Of a stretch of 64,000 nucleotides of DNA, positions 27,655-37,571 are shown in pieces. Numbering within the stretch: position 1 is the first letter of the stretch; the number at the start of each line of letters is the position of its first letter. The notes beneath the pieces are model-generated. The model made no database searches. It was not told the DNA's origin and saw only the letters and a list, made by a program, of their open reading frames with translations. This DNA is from an uncultured virus (IMG/VR IMGVR_UViG_2061766007_000171) (lineage: Duplodnaviria > Heunggongvirae > Uroviricota > Caudoviricetes): the IMG/VR virus record IMGVR_UViG_2061766007_000171, one strand, 5' to 3'. The position numbers and the translations under genes were made by a program.

Positions 27655-28103
27655 ATACCTTTACCTCCCACATATAATATTCTAAACCTTCCGCCGACGG
27701 TCTTATAGTAGGGGGACACCCAGGCACCATTCAGACGCAGTGTGAACACCTGACCTGCATTTGCCGGCACAATGGATGTAAACCCTCCTGAACAATCCCA
27801 TTGTATTGCGGTAATACGTATAGAACCGACACCGACACCGCTGCGTTCGCAAAGCAATACAGCCTGTTGATCGTTTCCGCCCTGCGTAAATTCCGCGAAC
27901 GCTTCGATGATGTATATGCCGTTCCTAAGTACGGTGATGCCTGTCGATGAGAAAGTGAATGTAGATGGGTCCTGATTACCCTCCAGATTTATCGTCAGCG
28001 GCCCTGTTGCCGCCCAATTCGCTGTCTGTGACTGTCCTGCGGCGATGTTGCAGAATATCTCCGGCATCCCCGATGACAGATCCGCGTTCGTTGCACCTAA
28101 CAT
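27651..28103 (-). CDS. receptor-tip-like cassette A (MLGATNA...), C1q/TNF-like
   Basis: TFSSTGITVLRNGIYIIEA...IVPANAGQVFTL resembles C1q-like domains. Confidence 0.6.
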   Translation of the reverse strand: MLGATNADLSSGMPEIFCNIAAGQSQTANWAATGPLTINLEGNQDPSTFTFSSTGITVLRNGIYIIEAFAEFTQGGNDQQAVLLCERSGVGVGSIRITAIQWDCSGGFTSIVPANAGQVFTLRLNGAWVSPYYKTVGGRFRILYVGGKGI

Positions 28104-28104
28104 C

Positions 28105-28518
28105 TTATTCTTCCTCCTCTTCTTCAATGTTCTCATTCGAAAGTTCGTCGAAAGAAGCATCCTCCAATTCGAGTTCATTGATCTCATCACGCCATGCCTG
28201 ACGCTGTGCCTTTATGGATGCATATTCTTCCTCAGTTATCCAGCCTTCAAAGAATTTGATCGCCACGTAATCTGTGTTCGAAAGATTGCGTTTAAGTTCA
28301 CTGATGCGATCCCATATCTCGATCTCTCTTTCAGTGTATAACTCATAACGGTCCTGATACACCTCGCCATTATTGACCTTCCATGCAAAATGTCTGTCAT
28401 GAGTCAATGTCTGTTCGTATATCTCATCCGTTACTTCCAATTCACCGACTGGATCGGTGATATTATATGGGGGCCTGTTACATATCCAGCCATCCTTGTC
28501 ATATTCTATTGTTTTCAT
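28105..28518 (-). CDS. tail-fibre assembly/chaperone-like protein
   Basis: ELKRNLSNTDYVAIK...RQAWRDEINELE; directly after the fibre gene. Confidence 0.65.
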   Translation of the reverse strand: MKTIEYDKDGWICNRPPYNITDPVGELEVTDEIYEQTLTHDRHFAWKVNNGEVYQDRYELYTEREIEIWDRISELKRNLSNTDYVAIKFFEGWITEEEYASIKAQRQAWRDEINELELEDASFDELSNENIEEEEEE

Positions 28519-28531
28519 TGAATCATCTCGA

Positions 28532-31033
28532 TTAATGCCATATCGCTATCCAATACCACCCTTCTATAATCCCGGAATCATGATACACATATACATAGTA
28601 TCCACCTGGGCTGCTATTATATGCCGGCCGAGACACGACCCATCCTTTACTTGGGAAATCTCTGTTTGACCCTGCATATCTTGGAGTTACGACTACTGAG
28701 TCAGGAGCATTTCTGCCTGAAACAGATCCTACAAATAAATACACGGAAGTACTACTGTTACTAACGTAACCTGATCTGATAAATGTATTTCTTGATGAGT
28801 TTAGATTACTCTGCACATACCCTGCGCTGATATCGGTAGTATCGATACAACGAGAACTTCCTTCTCTCTGATAGAAGTAACCGTCGACTTGCATCGACAT
28901 CTGGCCATCTTTTGATGCTGCGATGAGTTCACCACTATTTTGATTTACACCCCATGAATGTGTATATCCATTTCCGCCTGTAAGCGTTCCCCATGAAGGG
29001 ATTGAACCTACATTGGAACTGCTATTTATTTGAATCAGATCTTTGGCCACGGCCTCGACCTGTCCTCCAACGATCTTGACGGGTTTCGTATCACTACCCA
29101 CGTTACCAGAAGGTGTCAATGTCACCGCACTATCGCTGTAATACAGCTGATAACCCGCGGAACACGATGACTGTGCCGATTTGGCGTAAATGTAGATGAC
29201 ATTTGCACCTGTATCGCATATGGGTGCCCAGACACCACTGGCGGCATCGGTCAATCCGAATGTGACATCGGCAGTGCTCTGTGCACTCGCACCCGCACAC
29301 GGGAATGAATATTTATACGGATAACCCGAGACCTCGGTATTCGATGAAGACACCAATGTGAGTGTTCTTGCAACTATATCTGCTGATATCGGTTGTCTCG
29401 TGAGATCCGTACCGTCCGTACCCACACTTATGGTAGGTATGACCTGTGTACCCACATTGGTCTTGGCGTAGAGATATACGACATCTGCATCGGTACGGCA
29501 GAACGGTGCATAATTCCCTGACGAGACTTGTGCACCGCTGTATGTGACGGTCGCATACGACGTTGCGGTGGTGCCGGGTGATGTAAGGGTCGCACGGTAT
29601 GGGTAGTCGGTCGAATAAGCATCAGAATTGGCCGTGAATGACACACTCTGATCGGTGTACTTCATATTGCCGCTTTCGGCCACGGCTTTTCCGTCGATGT
29701 GTGTCAGTTTACCATCTGAATTGAGAGTTATCGCCGAGGTATTGATGAGCCATGTGTAGTTGTTGTTCTGCTTATCACATCTTCCGAAATAAAGGAAGGT
29801 ATCGTACTTCCCTGATCTGTACGTCGGGTTCTGTGTGATATAGAATGTGTACACATAACCTTTGACATTGGTGGCTGCCGAGAACCCACCCTGGCCGCTG
29901 GGCACACTTATGGTCTGTCCTGTCTGTACCGTGTTGTATGGTACAAAATTACCATTGCTGTCCAGATTACCGCAGATGTACATCGGCAAACCGACGGTCA
30001 ATGTGGTCGCCGTCGTATCGGTCGAACCGTGTGTCACGAACACCCACTTGTATGCGTACAGCGTACCTGTGCCTGTGTATGTCGCACCTGCCGTCAGAGC
30101 AGCGGTGTTATCCACATATTGTGTGGTAAGTTCGGACGTAGCGATGGCGCGTACTTCATAATAAAGCTGAACACCTGTATTGTTAAGACCGAAATTGTTC
30201 TGTGCCCTCCCGCCGACGAAGGGTAATTTGAATGCTTTGCCGGGTGTCGACAACTGATACGCCTTTCCGTCCGAAGCTATACCGCACGGGCGGGTGGATC
30301 TTATGCTGTATGATGTGGAGCCATTGACGAATGCTGCGGTAGCACCGCCGACATGGCGATCGTTCCTTATACTGTCCCATGTTGATCCTGCGATACCGTC
30401 ACAGTTACCTGAGATACTCGCTTTGATCTGGCTACTGCTCCACGTTCCGTTGTAACGTCCGATCTCCCATGCACCGACCCTTGTGTAGTTGGTAGTGCCC
30501 GGGTCTCCGCCGAACGATGCAGGGAGCTCCCATCCCGCTGTGCAGCTGATGATTGTGACCTTGACATATGTCGACGTGGCACTGTAATTGGCGACAGCTA
30601 TCTTCGGACCATAGGACGTGCTCTTGGGAGCATATGCAGCAAGGTACCTCAGGACTCCGTCGTTATTGCCTGCATTACCGTTCATTGATACTGCGAACAT
30701 GTTTGCATTGATCCCTGAGAATGTCACATCGACAATCCATTCTCCGAGTTTGGTAGTGGTCGCAGTACTTGCGGGGGAGGACAGGGATGAATATTCGATC
30801 TTCAGCCTTATGTGGGAGTTACCCCCGTTCACAGTCCAATACTGCGATGCAGAGGTCACCTGCGCAATCGTCTTATACCCCGTGGCAGAGATGGTGTAGG
30901 ATTTGGATGTTCCCCCGCCCTGGATTTTGAGGTAATTCGATGCGATCTCTAATCCGGTACCATCTCTGATGGCACTCTCCACCTGCACGGGCTTGTTGTC
31001 GTATGTGATCTTCTTCGCCGGAGTATTCGCCAT
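28532..31033 (-). CDS. tail fibre / receptor-binding protein
   Basis: 833 aa, S/T/G-rich; tandem YPY...A.VT.......G..AP.C.T....YIYAK repeat. Confidence 0.7.
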   Translation of the reverse strand: MANTPAKKITYDNKPVQVESAIRDGTGLEIASNYLKIQGGGTSKSYTISATGYKTIAQVTSASQYWTVNGGNSHIRLKIEYSSLSSPASTATTTKLGEWIVDVTFSGINANMFAVSMNGNAGNNDGVLRYLAAYAPKSTSYGPKIAVANYSATSTYVKVTIISCTAGWELPASFGGDPGTTNYTRVGAWEIGRYNGTWSSSQIKASISGNCDGIAGSTWDSIRNDRHVGGATAAFVNGSTSYSIRSTRPCGIASDGKAYQLSTPGKAFKLPFVGGRAQNNFGLNNTGVQLYYEVRAIATSELTTQYVDNTAALTAGATYTGTGTLYAYKWVFVTHGSTDTTATTLTVGLPMYICGNLDSNGNFVPYNTVQTGQTISVPSGQGGFSAATNVKGYVYTFYITQNPTYRSGKYDTFLYFGRCDKQNNNYTWLINTSAITLNSDGKLTHIDGKAVAESGNMKYTDQSVSFTANSDAYSTDYPYRATLTSPGTTATSYATVTYSGAQVSSGNYAPFCRTDADVVYLYAKTNVGTQVIPTISVGTDGTDLTRQPISADIVARTLTLVSSSNTEVSGYPYKYSFPCAGASAQSTADVTFGLTDAASGVWAPICDTGANVIYIYAKSAQSSCSAGYQLYYSDSAVTLTPSGNVGSDTKPVKIVGGQVEAVAKDLIQINSSSNVGSIPSWGTLTGGNGYTHSWGVNQNSGELIAASKDGQMSMQVDGYFYQREGSSRCIDTTDISAGYVQSNLNSSRNTFIRSGYVSNSSTSVYLFVGSVSGRNAPDSVVVTPRYAGSNRDFPSKGWVVSRPAYNSSPGGYYVYVYHDSGIIEGWYWIAIWH

Positions 31034-31037
31034 GCTC

Positions 31038-31427
31038 TCACCATGCCGTGACTCTTACTGTCCACGTCTGTGCTGGGCTCACTGCCGTAGGATAGATCGT
31101 AATCCTGCCATCGATGGGCTCCGCTGGTGCAGGAGGGATCTCGATTTTCACCTCGGTGAAGATTTGATTGCCAGAAGCATCGAAGACCTCTACGACCCTC
31201 GGAATCCTGTCGACCGGCTCTTCATTCGGATCCCCACTCCAAGATTTGCCAAGTGCCAGATCAGTAAATAGTTTGTGATATTCCTGGCTTGTACTGACTG
31301 TTACGGTGTATTCGGCGTGCCTCACATACTCGGTACTGATCACAACACCGGTGCCATCTCTCACAGCACTCTCAACCTGTACAGGCTTCCCGTCATATGT
31401 TATCTTCTTTGCTGCCGTGTTCGCCAT
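31038..31427 (-). CDS. small fibre-associated protein
   Basis: N-terminal 34 aa nearly identical to that of 28532..31033. Confidence 0.65.
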   Translation of the reverse strand: MANTAAKKITYDGKPVQVESAVRDGTGVVISTEYVRHAEYTVTVSTSQEYHKLFTDLALGKSWSGDPNEEPVDRIPRVVEVFDASGNQIFTEVKIEIPPAPAEPIDGRITIYPTAVSPAQTWTVRVTAW

Positions 31428-31431
31428 AGTA

Positions 31432-33522
31432 TCACATGTCCGCAAGTGTCACGTCGGTCGCTGAGAACGGGTTGCTTGTAATCCCGCTGTATGCCACGCT
31501 GCCTGCCGATCCTGAACAGTTGCCTGTAACATTGCCTGTAAGATCACCTGTGATGCCACTGCCTGCATGCAGCACCCCGAGTGTGCTTACATAAACGTTC
31601 GGGACGAACTTCAACTGAGCGTTCTGGCCGTCTGAGAGACTGGTCACACCTGAAAAATATACTGTTTGATCGGATTGTTCCGTCGCCCAGACATGAGAGT
31701 CTGTATCAGAAGGTGTTCTGAAGATGAATGAGCTTCCCCCCACTGTGAGCTTATATTTGGTAAAGGGAACGAGGGAAAGTGCAACGGTACCCGTATCCGA
31801 TGCAATGGATATACCAGGAGCCAGTGCGGATTGGTCTGCCGCCTTCACAACCGAGTCGGTACCATTCCACAACACCACCTGATTGGCTGTGGAACTGCCT
31901 GTTTTAGTAACTGCGGTGACACCTTTGGTCAGTGTGACCGTGTGTCCGCTGACAGATACATCAGAGACCACATTTCCGCTCCCGCTTGTCGTGCCCTTGG
32001 ATAATGTGGGGAGGGTTGCCCTTGTGACATTGAGTGTGCTGGGGTCGTTACTGTCCACTGAGATCGAGGACACATAGTTGCCTGTTGCATCCTGTGCAAT
32101 GGTATCGAACTTGGTATCGATCTGTGTCTGAATGTCTTCTGTGACGTTGTCCAGGTACCCGAGTTCAGTGGTCGTGATGGTCGATGCTGCGACCTTACCG
32201 CTGGAATTGGAGATCAGTACTCTGTTCGCTGTAAGATTGCTTGATGTTATGGTCGTTGCCGCACCCGTGATGGCATTCTGCTTGCCATTCCATGTTGTCT
32301 TATCTGATGCGGTAACGTGGATCGTGCTATTGGCAAGGTGTGCGTTGATATCCTTGACGTCCACACCGACCTTGGGATTGGATGTGTTAGTCACGAGTGA
32401 GTTGATCGTTGCCCACTGGTCTGCCGTGAAGGATGAATTGTTGAGTGTGTACTCATACGCCCATGCAGAGCCAGTATATTTGAATCTCCAGAACCAGTCC
32501 TCTCCTGCGTCTCCTGTAGGCGTCTGGTCAACGGCTACGAATACATAGTCGTTCTTGGTAACGGTCGTACCGCTCGGAAGGTGTGATGCTATCTGTCCTG
32601 CCACAAGCGTCTGCGCGGCCGTGTCCTCGCTGCCTGACCACGCATCAACAGTGGCCTGTGTGTTACCGAGGTCAGATACAGCATTGTATGTGCCAAGGAA
32701 GTTGGCAGTGGCTGTGCCTATCGAGGAATTGACAAAATCCTTGTCCGCAAGCTGGTTTGATGTGGATGCTGCTGAGGGGATCTTGCCATTGATTGTCGAT
32801 ATGGCTGTGTTGATTGCAGACAGATCGTCCGTAAGACCTGTGACCTTAGATTCCGCGATAACGATATCCTGATCAGACAATGAGGTCACGTGTCCCCACT
32901 GGTTGACTGTGACTGATACGGACTTGGATGCTGAGCCTTTACTCAATGTACCGGATGACACCGCACCACTCGTCTCGTGGGTGATGCTCGTGCCGCTCAT
33001 GGCGATCGGTGAGGTCACAGAACCGGCGGTTATCACACCGCCTGTGGTCGTTACGACGGGTTTGTTGGCAGTGGTACCCAGCTTACCGTCGTTGGTCAGG
33101 TTGCCATGGGTGTGTGACAGAGGTGTCCTTGCATCGCTGAGCCTTGAATCGTTACCCTGACAGGCCGTACCTGCTGTATTGCCGTAGGTCACTGATATGG
33201 TGCCGGAGCTGTTGGTGATACCTGTGCCTGTCTGCACTACTCCTTTGGCGGATGATGTGGCGGCAGGGATCGTGGCGATCTTGTTCGATACGAGTGATGT
33301 GGATCCTATCTTAACATCGTCGACCTTGCCTGCTTCCCCGAACTCATAGCCAGACCCGTTGGAGATTATGGCCTTACCTTCATTCGCGGCAGCAGGTGTC
33401 GGTAATGTTGCGGGCACACGCTCAGTAAGTGTCGGGTATTTGACGACATCGTCACTGTTCGTGCCCTGTGCTGCTTTCTGTGTTATCTTTCCGTGTACGT
33501 TCAGGTTCGAGTATTGCTCCAT
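31432..33522 (-). CDS. tail fibre protein
   Basis: ATSSAKGVVQ, GNDSRLSDARTP, SHTHG, VTVNQWGHVT and IHVTASDKTTWNGKQ fibre shaft motifs. Confidence 0.8.
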   Translation of the reverse strand: MEQYSNLNVHGKITQKAAQGTNSDDVVKYPTLTERVPATLPTPAAANEGKAIISNGSGYEFGEAGKVDDVKIGSTSLVSNKIATIPAATSSAKGVVQTGTGITNSSGTISVTYGNTAGTACQGNDSRLSDARTPLSHTHGNLTNDGKLGTTANKPVVTTTGGVITAGSVTSPIAMSGTSITHETSGAVSSGTLSKGSASKSVSVTVNQWGHVTSLSDQDIVIAESKVTGLTDDLSAINTAISTINGKIPSAASTSNQLADKDFVNSSIGTATANFLGTYNAVSDLGNTQATVDAWSGSEDTAAQTLVAGQIASHLPSGTTVTKNDYVFVAVDQTPTGDAGEDWFWRFKYTGSAWAYEYTLNNSSFTADQWATINSLVTNTSNPKVGVDVKDINAHLANSTIHVTASDKTTWNGKQNAITGAATTITSSNLTANRVLISNSSGKVAASTITTTELGYLDNVTEDIQTQIDTKFDTIAQDATGNYVSSISVDSNDPSTLNVTRATLPTLSKGTTSGSGNVVSDVSVSGHTVTLTKGVTAVTKTGSSTANQVVLWNGTDSVVKAADQSALAPGISIASDTGTVALSLVPFTKYKLTVGGSSFIFRTPSDTDSHVWATEQSDQTVYFSGVTSLSDGQNAQLKFVPNVYVSTLGVLHAGSGITGDLTGNVTGNCSGSAGSVAYSGITSNPFSATDVTLADM

Positions 33523-33532
33523 ATTATCACCT

Positions 33533-33916
33533 TTATATCAGAGACCTCACGAGCAGCTCAAGATCCTGAGCATCGGGTGCGGTCGGGAGTTCGGTAAATG
33601 TTATTGTGATGGTGGTGTTCGTGACCATTATGTCGGCCTCGATCTTCTCAAGGATCTCGGGGTCGGTGTGGTGCACCACATACAGTGACACCGCGGACGG
33701 CGCGTTCTGCAGACCGTGTGCGATTATCATGGTCGTTCTGCCGAAGGGCTTCGCCCTTATGTCCACCTTCTTAGGATATGCGGTATCGATCCTGTAGCCG
33801 AGTGCATCTCTTACGGCGCTTTCGACCTGAATCTTGTGGTCATCATGGGTGATGTATTCGTAATCGACCGTTTCAGGTTCAGTCTCTGGCCTTGGTTCAT
33901 CAGTCATCATCGTCAT
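33533..33916 (-). CDS. small fibre-associated protein
   Basis: ITHDDHKIQVESAVRDALGYRIDTAY motif; IAHGL...P beta domain. Confidence 0.6.
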   Translation of the reverse strand: MTMMTDEPRPETEPETVDYEYITHDDHKIQVESAVRDALGYRIDTAYPKKVDIRAKPFGRTTMIIAHGLQNAPSAVSLYVVHHTDPEILEKIEADIMVTNTTITITFTELPTAPDAQDLELLVRSLI

Positions 33917-33923
33917 CCTCCTA

Positions 33924-36900
33924 TCAATGATATCTTTCTGGCAGTTCGATCTCCTTGGGCACGATGTAGATCTGTGCTCCGAAGTATCTGTCCTGTGACT
34001 CGTCCCATTCTTCGCCTGAAGAACGTTTGGATATCAGTCTGAATCCATTCGGGATGTGTGTCGGGTCGCTGAAATCATCCGTATAGAACGTATCTGTCTT
34101 GCACATTCCGTTCACATCCGTCGTCACTCCGGCACTGTTTACGGACAAGGTAGTGCTCGCGCCGTTATCCAGCAGAGCGCGTGCCAGATTGGATGTGTTG
34201 TATTCGCCGCCATCCTTTGCTACGGTGCCTGCACCAATCTCTCCTGGATTGCCTGTTTCCATACGGCATATCGCGCCGTAATCATAGGTCCAGGGGGCTC
34301 CGCGTACATCCTGCCAATAGAGTCTGGTCTTTATCCGAGTCATTGGGCGCAAGGCAACATAATTCCCTTCTTCAGGATACCAGAAGTACGGGTGGTCACT
34401 CTCAGTCAGCTGCCGTTCGTATGTCTGGGGGCTCGATGACTGTGAGGTTACACTGATCGAGACCGTACGGTTCTTGTTTATAGTGATCATGTATTCTCCG
34501 TAAGAATTCGACGATGAATTAGGTCCGAAGTTCCCTACGAAATTACTACTCGAATCATACACATATATACCGGTGCCCTTCCAGAGGATCGTCAAAGTAT
34601 CAGCATAGACCAATGGTAAGAAAGTATTTGGCATTCCGGACTCCCATATCTTGGTGGAATCCAATGTCCACTGCTGAAGACTACTGCCATTGAGGTCACC
34701 TTTGAACAAATACATGTTCTTAGATCTGCTTGACCCCGGGGATGGGGAGAGCAGGTTCGTTATCACATATGACTCCCCATCGGATAATGCGTCGCACATC
34801 ATATCGAGGTCTCCCATCGGAAGACCTACATTCGTGTATGTTGTGGGTGTCAGCTCTGATGATGAGGGGACAGTGTATGCTATCGGGATCATGAACACGC
34901 CAGTGTTCGCTCTGCCGAATATCCCATACTGGTCATATGTCCAATATGAGTCTATGATCCTATTCGATTCCCCTGCATGAGTATCTTTAATCAAATGATC
35001 TTGAATCGTGTAGTAGATGTCATGTCTTAGAGCATATGAATTGTAGATTATAGGTGTATGGGTACTTAAATTGAAAGGGTATAGGATATTGTCAGCATGT
35101 AATCCGTCTTCTATCTGACGATATTCATATCTTCCATAGTCACCGTTCACGTCGGCGTAACAGAATTCTTCGGGCGCTGAGAATGAATAGATGGTCTCCT
35201 CATTACAGTTGATGAAGGATATCAACCCGCCCACACATGTGATACGGCCGTATGTCCCGATCCCTTCAGCCGGTGCATTGAAGTTTAATGAGATTTGCTC
35301 CTGAGGGGAGAGAACAACGAATCCTTCCATGACGTATACGACAATAAGATTCGCGTCGGCATATATCGGTACCGTCATATGAGGATACATGACCTTGTCT
35401 TCATAATCATCAGCCCAGGGGCCATACATCTCTTCGAAGTCCAGGTCCTTATAGATGTAATGTGTCATTCTCCCATTGGGTGTATCGATGAAGACATAGG
35501 TGCTGTCGATGAATTCCTGCTCAGTCTGTGCATTTGGATTTGTGTAGAACCCGAAGCTCAGTTCGAAGTCGGATACCGCACCGTCGACATGAGTGTATTT
35601 TATGCTGGTCTCAGGATTGTAAGCGATATCAGGACCGGATGGGAACGATACCGTTGCGGCAGGTATATCCATCTCTTCGACTGATACGGCGGTCTTGGCG
35701 AAGTGCGCTGCTGCAAACACTTGCTCTGATGTGAATGTTATACTCGTGTCTTCTCTGGTACCTTCGATGCCTCCGAGTACCACGCTTTCAACACCCGTAA
35801 GCAATGACCATTTCTCAGGGTTCTCATCAGGCTGATAGCCGAGGTTATCATCTGACAACGAGGTGTACATCTCTCCGTTATAGACGACCACTGCACCGGT
35901 GTCGTAAGTGAAATCCTCGATCCATTCCCATGTATCGTTACGGTACATCACATAAGGTGTGTACGCCTGTTCGATGGTCTCCATCGCGTTGATGGCACGT
36001 GTGATCTCCAGCACGATGGCGTTACGCGAATTGATGATGGTATCGCCGTGTCTGGTGACCANNNNNNNNNNGCGGTACATGATGTATGGAGTATACGCAC
36101 TCTCAACAGACTCCATCGCGTTGATGGCACGTGTAATCTCCAGCACGATAGTATTACGGGAATTGATGACTGTGTCGCCGTGTCTGGTGACCAACTGGAA
36201 CGGGAGCTTCTTTGTCTCCTTGGCAGCCATGAGCACGGACTGCGGGATCATCGCACTGAATGCATTGCCGATGCTGTCGAGCACCACGAACGGCTTGATG
36301 ACCGTGCTGCTGTCCATCCTGATGGCAGTAGCAAAGTCCAGCCTTGCATCACATTCAGCCGGAATACCAGTGACGTTGACCCTTACACTGTTGGTGTCGA
36401 TGGTCGCACCGCCGTACATGTCACTGTCAGGCAGAGTTATCATTCTGGTCAGCGGATCGTATGTCACATCCAGTGTCAATACATCCAGACTCTCCGACAC
36501 ACCAGTAGGCAGCGGCCAATCAGGCATCTCGTAATCTGGTATCTCATTGCCGGATGTGGTGGCATCGATGGCTGTGGTGGTCTCCAGCACGATGGTATTG
36601 CGTGAGTTGATCACCTGACTGTCATTAGCAAGGATCAACTGCAAAGGTAATCTGTGGACATCTTTAGTAGCTCTGAGGATCGCATTGGGTATCACTGCTT
36701 CCCACTTATCGCCGTTCTGTTCAAGCAGGATGAAGGGACGGTTGACCACACGGTTACCTGTCTCCACCAATACTGCAAAGTCCACCCTTGCGATAAAATT
36801 CGTACCCTCTGGCTCTATACCACTGACTGAAATGGTAACAGAATTGACATCTGTGGTCGCACCACCATATGTATCCTTGGTTGATGTCAGTGATATACGC

Positions 36901-36944
36901 CTGGTGGTAGGGTCGTATGTCACCGGGATGGTGTGCATACCCAT
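33924..36944 (-). CDS. baseplate-upper (BppU-like) / adhesin protein with duplicated N-terminal domain and a CBM5/12-like module; spans gap 36062-36071
   Basis: Two copies of VTYDP.TR.I.L....YGGAT.D.NSV...INSRNTIVLE; W...YDTGAVVVYNGEMY...QP....KW. Confidence 0.6.
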   Translation of the reverse strand: MGMHTIPVTYDPTTRRISLTSTKDTYGGATTDVNSVTISVSGIEPEGTNFIARVDFAVLVETGNRVVNRPFILLEQNGDKWEAVIPNAILRATKDVHRLPLQLILANDSQVINSRNTIVLETTTAIDATTSGNEIPDYEMPDWPLPTGVSESLDVLTLDVTYDPLTRMITLPDSDMYGGATIDTNSVRVNVTGIPAECDARLDFATAIRMDSSTVIKPFVVLDSIGNAFSAMIPQSVLMAAKETKKLPFQLVTRHGDTVINSRNTIVLEITRAINAMESVESAYTPYIMYRXXXXVTRHGDTIINSRNAIVLEITRAINAMETIEQAYTPYVMYRNDTWEWIEDFTYDTGAVVVYNGEMYTSLSDDNLGYQPDENPEKWSLLTGVESVVLGGIEGTREDTSITFTSEQVFAAAHFAKTAVSVEEMDIPAATVSFPSGPDIAYNPETSIKYTHVDGAVSDFELSFGFYTNPNAQTEQEFIDSTYVFIDTPNGRMTHYIYKDLDFEEMYGPWADDYEDKVMYPHMTVPIYADANLIVVYVMEGFVVLSPQEQISLNFNAPAEGIGTYGRITCVGGLISFINCNEETIYSFSAPEEFCYADVNGDYGRYEYRQIEDGLHADNILYPFNLSTHTPIIYNSYALRHDIYYTIQDHLIKDTHAGESNRIIDSYWTYDQYGIFGRANTGVFMIPIAYTVPSSSELTPTTYTNVGLPMGDLDMMCDALSDGESYVITNLLSPSPGSSRSKNMYLFKGDLNGSSLQQWTLDSTKIWESGMPNTFLPLVYADTLTILWKGTGIYVYDSSSNFVGNFGPNSSSNSYGEYMITINKNRTVSISVTSQSSSPQTYERQLTESDHPYFWYPEEGNYVALRPMTRIKTRLYWQDVRGAPWTYDYGAICRMETGNPGEIGAGTVAKDGGEYNTSNLARALLDNGASTTLSVNSAGVTTDVNGMCKTDTFYTDDFSDPTHIPNGFRLISKRSSGEEWDESQDRYFGAQIYIVPKEIELPERYH

Positions 36945-37000
36945 TGTTATCGTATGATACAAAGCACTCTATATTTTTAAAGAGTGAGGTTTGAGAAGCA

Positions 37001-37456
37001 TTAGTTTATGTTAAGTGTAACGACCATGTCCAATCTACATTCGTAGCTGCCGTCGTAGGAGCCAGATCTAATATGGTATGTGGCAGTATACTCCCCTGGT
37101 GTTGTAGGTGTACCTGTTAATATTACAGATCCCCCTATGTTTCCAGTAGGTACAACAATCGTTGTTCCAGGGGGGGCTGCATCGCCTTCAACACTCTCAT
37201 AATAGGCATATCCTCCCACAGTAGGGAGTGCTCCGAAAATATTATAGTGATCGTAATATGTATCTACACATAGGTCTGCGCTCACATATCTGACATCTGT
37301 TGTATTTGTGCCACCTTCATTTTGATCGTTTGTTGATCCTGATTCGATTTCGTTATGTGCATCATCTTGTCCGCCCCGTTGATTATATACAACTACACCT
37401 GAAACCAAGACTACGCATAAGACGACCAGTAAACAAAATACACCTTTGGCTTTCAC
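37001..37456 (-). CDS. membrane-anchored/secreted protein with Ig-like end
   Basis: MKAK plus a hydrophobic helix; LTGTPTTPGEYT. Confidence 0.6.
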   Translation of the reverse strand: MKAKGVFCLLVVLCVVLVSGVVVYNQRGGQDDAHNEIESGSTNDQNEGGTNTTDVRYVSADLCVDTYYDHYNIFGALPTVGGYAYYESVEGDAAPPGTTIVVPTGNIGGSVILTGTPTTPGEYTATYHIRSGSYDGSYECRLDMVVTLNIN

Positions 37457-37571
37457 TTACAACCCTCAAGTACCTATCAAACTGTATCCAAATATACCTA
37501 TTGGTGCCATCTTGTGCTATAGGGACATATTAGACTGATCATCATATATCAGATCAAGAGGATACATCTAT

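Noticed and set aside
26334..28103. Invertible shufflon of fibre tips
   Set aside because: All cassettes lie on one strand, there is no conserved DNA crossover repeat, and no recombinase is in the window.
35940..36192. Tandem ~120-bp duplication in the BppU-like gene as a real repeat or DGR
   Set aside because: The copies flank gap 36062-36071 and differ mostly at synonymous sites; probably haplotype overlap, though a collapsed third domain cannot be excluded.
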